From NCBI GenBank assembly GCA_030141605.1, contig JAQGDQ010001750.1:1-26897 (forward strand): a stretch of 26,897 bases of DNA. Direction: 5' to 3'. Below, piece by piece: positions 21,316-26,897 of this stretch (position 1 is its first letter; each line of letters starts with the position of its first letter). The position numbers and the translations under genes were made by a program. Below the pieces are notes generated by a model. That model ran no database searches. It had not been told where the DNA came from and saw only the letters and a list, made by a program, of their open reading frames with translations. This DNA is from Tubiluchus corallicola (taxonomy: Eukaryota > Animalia > Priapulida).

Positions 21316-21944
21316 ATACACGAAAATGGTAAACATAATCAACAGTAGTAAACGAAAGTTAAAGTAAATCCATCAACCAGTAAATCATGGCACCTGAGTC
21401 AAAACGTTATTATAACCAAACCATTGTTTAAGCCTATTGCTTGTCCTCTAATCTTGCTACCAAGTGTGAAAACTACTACATTCACAGAGAAGCCAAGTGA
21501 CCCAGTTCCATACAAACATATAGCAGCAGCAAGTACACTTCAAGCCGATTCAGAAGACTTTGATTTAACATTTTGCATTTGATGTGCTGCCATTACTAAA
21601 ACATAGGTATCTATATCTAATCATTAATGTTTCAACTTGTTAAAGTACTTATTAATTCCTAAGGTACGTTAATGAGCTTTGTTCTGTAAACCAAAGATAG
21701 TGGAAAATAAATACGTTTATAATAAAATGTTTAAAAATGTAATTCTTAAGCGTTATGATCATTCTTAATACTAAATCAAATTAATAAAAATTTCATAATT
21801 CACAGTTTTACTAGTAACAGTTTCAAATTTCATGTTTTGTGGCTAGTTGACAGTTTTTACTATTAATTTTGTCAACTTTTACATTTGTTTGTACAATGCA
21901 CAGCCCATTAGAACCTTATATTTCAGACTGTGTACTTTAAAAAC

Positions 21945-22221
21945 TTCTTCTTTTTCTTCTGTTGCTTTCAACTTCTATTGTACACACAAAGCTCCCATCC
22001 TTTATTAGAACACTCCACTGTTTCCTGACTGCAGATAAAATTTTCAATTCCTGCGATGCTATTGTCAAGTTTTGTTCCAGCTTTTGCAAATCTTTATTAA
22101 TTCTTCATATCCAAGTTGTTTCTGGTTTGCCTACATGTCGTTTAGTAGGTTTCCTTGCCTCGTTTAATGCTAATCTTACTGATGTTGTTTCTGGCAATCT
22201 CATTAAATGTCCTACCCATCT
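21945..22221 (-). mobile_element. Decayed 3' fragment of a second RTE/RTEX-like LINE
   Basis: Manual translation RWVGHLMRLPETTSVRLALNEARKPTKRHVGKPETTWI*RINKDL...RKQWSVLI; GAA-rich tail. Possible TSD TTTAAAAAC at 21936-21944 and 22234-22242. Confidence 0.8.
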
Positions 22222-22299
22222 TATTATTTATTATTTAAAAACATCTTTTATTACATCTTTTATTGCGTTAAAAATTAAATAAAGTTAAACTTGACTGCA

Positions 22300-22801
22300 T
22301 CACTAATTCATCAAATCGCTTATGAATTTTTGCCAGTTTGTCTATATTTAGCTGTTTGAAAAGTCGTATGTTATTAGTGCCCTTCACTAATTCATCAAAT
22401 CGCTTATGAATTTTTGCCAGAGTGTCTATATTTAGCTGTTTGAAAAGTCGTATATTATTAGTGCCCTTCACTAATTCATCAAATCGCTTATGACTTTTTG
22501 CCAGTTTGTCTACATTTAGCTGTTTGAAAAGTCGTATGTTATTAGTGCCCTTCACTAATTCATCAAATCGCTTATGAATTTTTGCCAGTTTGTCTATATT
22601 TAGCTGTTTGAAAAGTCGTATGTTATTAGTGCCCTTCACTAATTCATCAGATCGCTTATGAATTTTTGCCAGTTTGTCTATATTTAGCTTTTTGAAAAGT
22701 CGTACGTTATTAGTGCCCTTCACTAATTCATCAAATCGCTTATGAATTTTTGTCAGTTTGTCTATATTTAGCTTTTTGAAAAGTCGTATATTATTAGTGC
22801 C
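22300..22801. repeat. 84-bp tandem repeat, 6 copies
   Basis: CACTAATTCATCA at 22301, 22385 and onward with period 84. Confidence 0.97.
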
Positions 22802-23621
22802 TATTTGTTTTACAGTTTATAGACTCACGACGATCTTACGCTACAAAGTTTAATTAGAAAATTCTAAATTTTGGACGCCACAATACTTTAGCTACGTCAT
22901 ATAAAAACGCACCGTGTAAATGATCTATGCATTTAGAATGGGCCTTGCGAATTGTGAACACATGATGGCTTGCACGTGGGACAGAGATTTAGGCGGGCCA
23001 AAACGAAGAGGCTCTTGCCTCACTGGCTGTTACATGAGGAGGACACGTCTGTGGAACACGTGCTCTTAGACACGGTATATTAAACTCCGTGGCTTCGTCT
23101 TGAAACTACTCTGTTGTGAAAAATAATAGTGACAGTAAGCAGGCTGAATGATACAAGATATGTATACGTCGTTAATTGTTTAGTGTAATTAATGCAGTGT
23201 AATTACCATTTGACCAGTGAGCATCCGAGGATAAGCATTGTTTTCGTAAATATTGTGGGTTAAATTGAACTAACAACAACAGTTATTGTGTCAAATAATT
23301 GTATTATTGATTTCAATACTTTTTCATCGATTATTAGAGAAATTGTGCACAAATTCTTACAAAGTGTTACGAACAGTGGTAGAAAAACTTATTATAATTA
23401 TGCATTATAATTATATTAAATACGAAGAATCCTAATTGGAGATATTAATTTTGACATTTATAAGAGATCTCTCTGTGTTATGCCCTGACTACTGTTATAC
23501 TTTATACAACGTATCAAGAATTCCAAGAACTATCGCGTTCCTAAAAGTCTCTTTTTCTGCTGGGAAAAAGAGCAAATTTGTTCTGAAAAAAAACACTAGG
23601 CGGCGCAACTAATTAACAATA

Positions 23622-23886
23622 ATGACGGCAAGAGATTCGGAACATTTCATCAAAAGATTCGAAGAGAAATTTTACTCGCCTAGTCTGATGGGGTTAAAAC
23701 CACCCCTTACAGATCACAACAGGAACTATCCCAGCTTGACTGTGGGTGGTGGCAATGCTGGGGGAGGAGGCGGAGGGGGCGGATACGTGCCCAGGGGCGA
23801 TCTTGGAGGAGGAGCACGAGAGAGCCTCTCCGGGCATGGAATTGATGATATTTTAGGTACCCCAAATGCCCTGAAAATTCAAAGAG
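23622..23886 (+). CDS. Alx: Alx-family homeobox gene, first recognisable coding exon
   Basis: MTARDSEHFIKRFEEKFYSPSLM...poly-Gly...HGIDDILG (octapeptide/eh1-like). Donor AG|gtaaaa in phase 1, compatible with the exon at 26625. Confidence 0.82.
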
Positions 23887-24047
23887 GTAAAACTATAAAC
23901 GTCTTGATTTGTAAAATGTCTGCAAATATTTGTCTTCAGACATTAAAATGGTGCATGTTTATAATAAAATTGAATTAACATTTTATTTCTGATTGATAGA
24001 CGAATAAATGTGTGAATTTGAAACCATATTTTTTACTTTATATTTTT

Positions 24048-24283
24048 ATTCATTCATTCATTCACTCATTCATTCATTCATTTATTCATTCACTCATTCA
24101 TTCATTCACTAATATATTCATCTGTTCTCTCGCTTATTTATTAATTCATTTATTCCTTCATTCATTCATTCATTCATTCATTCATTCATTCATTCATTCA
24201 TTCATTCATTCATTCATTCATTCATTCATTCATTCATTCATTCATTCATTCATTCATTTGTTTGTTTGTTTGTTTGTCTGTTT
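24048..24283. repeat. Intronic (TTCA)n then (TTTG)n microsatellite
   Basis: Direct observation. Confidence 0.95.
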
Positions 24284-24652
24284 TTATTCATCTCTTTCAT
24301 TCACACGTTCATCCTTTATTTATTATCTTATCTTATTTATTTATTTTCTTATTTATTTATTTACTTATGCCACATATTTTCATATCGCGAATTGCAAAAA
24401 AATAACATTATTTACTGTATAACCACGTTGCGCCTGGTTCTCTTCTACTGCAATAAAGTTATTTCTCTGACTCTACTCTTCTATTACAATTTTATACGTC
24501 TACTTACTGCCTTCATTTTGGCAATACAATTTTATACGTCTACTTACTGCCTTCATTTTGGCAATACAATTGTATGTACGTGTATATTCATCTTACATGA
24601 ATAATAGTCAAAATCTTTAGATATTGGTAATAAAGGAGAGTTAGGATAATTA

Positions 24653-24664
24653 AATAATAATAAT

Positions 24665-24744
<80 letters not shown>

Positions 24745-24758
24745 CAATGACAATGATG

Positions 24759-24798
<40 letters not shown>
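24653..24798. repeat. Intronic (AAT)n microsatellite
   Basis: Direct observation; accounts for the poly-Ile ORF. Confidence 0.97.
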
Positions 24799-24799
<1 letters not shown>

Positions 24800-24899
24800 T
24801 TTTATTAAAGTCGGTTTTTGATGAACAATTAACATAAGCTCAAAGAGCTTTTGGACCGACAAACTACATGACAAACTACAACTACGTAACAGAGACAAT

Positions 24900-25051
24900 T
24901 ATTACCCCAATTTTACCCTAAATGCCATGCGCCAGGCAGGGCAACGGCGGGTACCACTTTTAAATTCTTTGACATCACCGGCCGCAGTTTCGAACTCACG
25001 ACCTCTCACACGGAAAGGGGGATGCGTTATCGCTAGACTAAACCGTCTGGT
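24900..25051 (-). mobile_element. tRNA-derived SINE 5' portion, possibly with a Meta/MESC-type core
   Basis: Minus strand shows an A-box-like TAGTCTAGCGA and B-box GTTCGAAAC, followed by CAAAGAATTTAAAAGTGGTACC...GCCTGGCGCATGGCATTTAGGG. The core assignment is from recall. Confidence 0.7.
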
Positions 25052-25320
25052 AAAGTATATACAAGCCGTAAAATTATAAGTACGCCTAAAATAAAAATAC
25101 GAGCTCAGAAAGTATTTCTGTTAAATTACTTAATAAAATCTAATTCAAACATTTTCAGAAAACAACTAGAAATGAAACTGTTAGTTTTGTACTGTAAAAA
25201 GTCATTTAACAATACCATTTTATTTTGACTATATTTCGTGTATTAATAAAACTTAATTTTCACATAGCGTGTTTTGTTCTGTTTGCCGTATAACAGATAG
25301 GACTACTTAGTATGCTACTT

Positions 25321-25640
25321 AATAAAAAGTTTGCTATGTAAAAATACGTTAAACTATCCAGTTTAGATATCATTTAATAATGATTCATTTTTTGAACTAC
25401 TTTTCAATAAAAAGTTTGCTTAGTAAAATACGTTAACTATTCAGTTTAGATATAATTTCATAATGATTCACTTTTTGAACTACTTTTCAATAAAAAGTTT
25501 GCTTAGTAAAATACGTTAACTATTAAGTTTAGATATAATTTCATAATGATTCACTTTTTGAACTACTTTTCAATAAAAAGTTTGCTATGTAAAAATACGT
25601 TAACTATCCAGTTTACGAATAATTTATTACTGATTCATTT
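25321..25640. repeat. ~83-85-bp AT-rich tandem repeat, about 3.8 copies
   Basis: AATAAAAAGTTTGCT at ~25321, ~25406, ~25489 and ~25572. Confidence 0.9.
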
Positions 25641-25721
25641 CATTTTGAAACTTAAATACTTTAAAAAATAAAATAATTGTATTAGTGTCAATTATTTCTG
25701 TTAATAGCAATTATTTATTTT

Positions 25722-26570
25722 TAAAACTGCTGTGGCGTAAATAAAGTAAACGATGTAAAACTGCTGTGGTGTAAATAAAGTAAGTGATGTAAAACTGCTG
25801 TGGTGTAAATAAAGTAAGCTAAGTAAAACTGCTAAATAAAGTAAGTGATTAAAACTGCTTGTGAATAAAGTAAGCGATGTAAAACTCGTTAAATAAAGTA
25901 AGATGTAAAACCTGTAAAATAAAGTAACATAAAACTCTGTAAATAAAGTAAGCGATGTAAAACTGCGTTAAATAAAGTAAACGAAAAAACAAAACCCAAA
26001 TAAAGCAAGCGATGTAAAACTGCTGTGGTGTAAATAAAGTAAGCGATGTAAAACTGCTGTGGTGTAAATAAAGCAAGCGATGTAAAACTGCTGTGGAAAA
26101 AAAAAAAAAACCAAAAAAAAACGATAAAACTCTGTGGTTTAAATAAACAACATGTAAAACTGCTGTGGTGCAAATAAAGTAAGTGATGTAAAACTGCTGT
26201 GGCATAAATAAAGTAAGCGAAGTAAAACTGCTGTGGTGTAAATAAAGTAAGCGATGTAAAACTGCTGTGGCGTAAATAAAGTAAACGATGTAAAACTGCT
26301 GTGGTGTAAATAAAGTAAGCGATGTAAAACTGCTGTGGTGTAAATAAAGCAAGCGATGTAAAACTACTGTGGTGTAAATAAAGTAAACGATGTAAAACTG
26401 CTGTGGTGTAAATAAAGTAAGCGATGTAAAACTGCTGTGGTGTAAATAAAGTAAGCGATGTAAAACTGCTGTGGTGTAAATAAAGTAAGTGATGTAAAAC
26501 TGCTGTGGTGTAAATAAAGTAAGAGATGTAAAACTGCTGTGGTGTAAATAAAGTAAGCGATGTTAAACTG
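25722..26570. repeat. 34-bp minisatellite (TAAAACTGCTGTGGTGTAAATAAAGTAAGCGATG), about 25 copies, degenerate in the middle
   Basis: Periodicity directly visible; ends ~55 bp before the splice acceptor. Confidence 0.95.
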
Positions 26571-26624
26571 AATATGAATAATTCAGTTACATCATTAAAT
26601 TATAAAAAAGTTTTACATTTGCAG

Positions 26625-26897
26625 AGAACCGATCAGACACCCACTCATCTGATCACGTGTCAGGCGACGACGATGACGTCTCCAACATTTCTGCTAACTC
26701 ATCCGAGCCCCCGTGTCTGGGGGAAACCGGAAAATCCGTCACCTCTCCGCACAGCACCGATCTCAAAAGTGAACCCATATCCCCGGAAGGAGGCGATGCA
26801 CTGTCGGAAGAGGACCCGGCTGCAAAGAGGAAAAAGAGGAGAAACAGAACCACCTTCACCAGTTTTCAACTTGAGGAGATGGAGAGAATATTTCAGA
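26625..26897 (+). CDS. Alx: Alx-family homeobox gene, next exon with homeodomain N-terminus (partial, runs off window)
   Basis: Acceptor tttgcag|. Manual translation ENRSDTHSS...EEDPAAKRKKRRNRTTFTSFQLEEMERIFQ matches the Alx signature KKRRNRTTFTSxQLEExExxFQ. Absent from the ORF track. Confidence 0.88.

Noticed and set aside
23887-23978. C-terminal part of the 118-aa ORF
   Set aside because: Read-through into the intron after the donor at 23887.
25722-26570. CRISPR-like array from the 34-bp periodicity
   Set aside because: Units are contiguous with no unique spacers, lie in a eukaryotic intron, and no cas genes are present.
26653-26859. 68-aa minus-strand ORF with a signal-peptide-like start
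   Set aside because: Antisense shadow of the Alx homeodomain exon.

Overview
AT-rich, repeat-dense eukaryotic DNA from an invertebrate; the 5S-type sequence suggests a lophotrochozoan, which is an inference. Two convincing genes are arranged head-to-head. The first is a single-exon integrin alpha on the minus strand (probable ATG 17046, stop 14458, 862 aa). It lacks the calf-2 domain and has an altered GFFGR motif and a Gly-rich tail. The second is an Alx-type paired-class homeobox gene on the plus strand (exon 23622-23886, and a second exon from 26625 running off the window). Host-gene fragments are also present: a decayed heparan sulfate 3-O-sulfotransferase piece, a lone MIPEP-like exon, and an exon-like unit amplified into a 280-bp tandem array. 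Mobile DNA includes a probable 5S rRNA-headed SINE, a BEL/Pao 3' end with LTR, two 5'-truncated RTE-clade LINEs, a piggyBac-type MITE, other MITE pieces and a tRNA-derived SINE. There are many tandem arrays, notably about 27 copies of a 137-bp hairpin-containing satellite. Family assignments come from recalled motifs; no database search was run.
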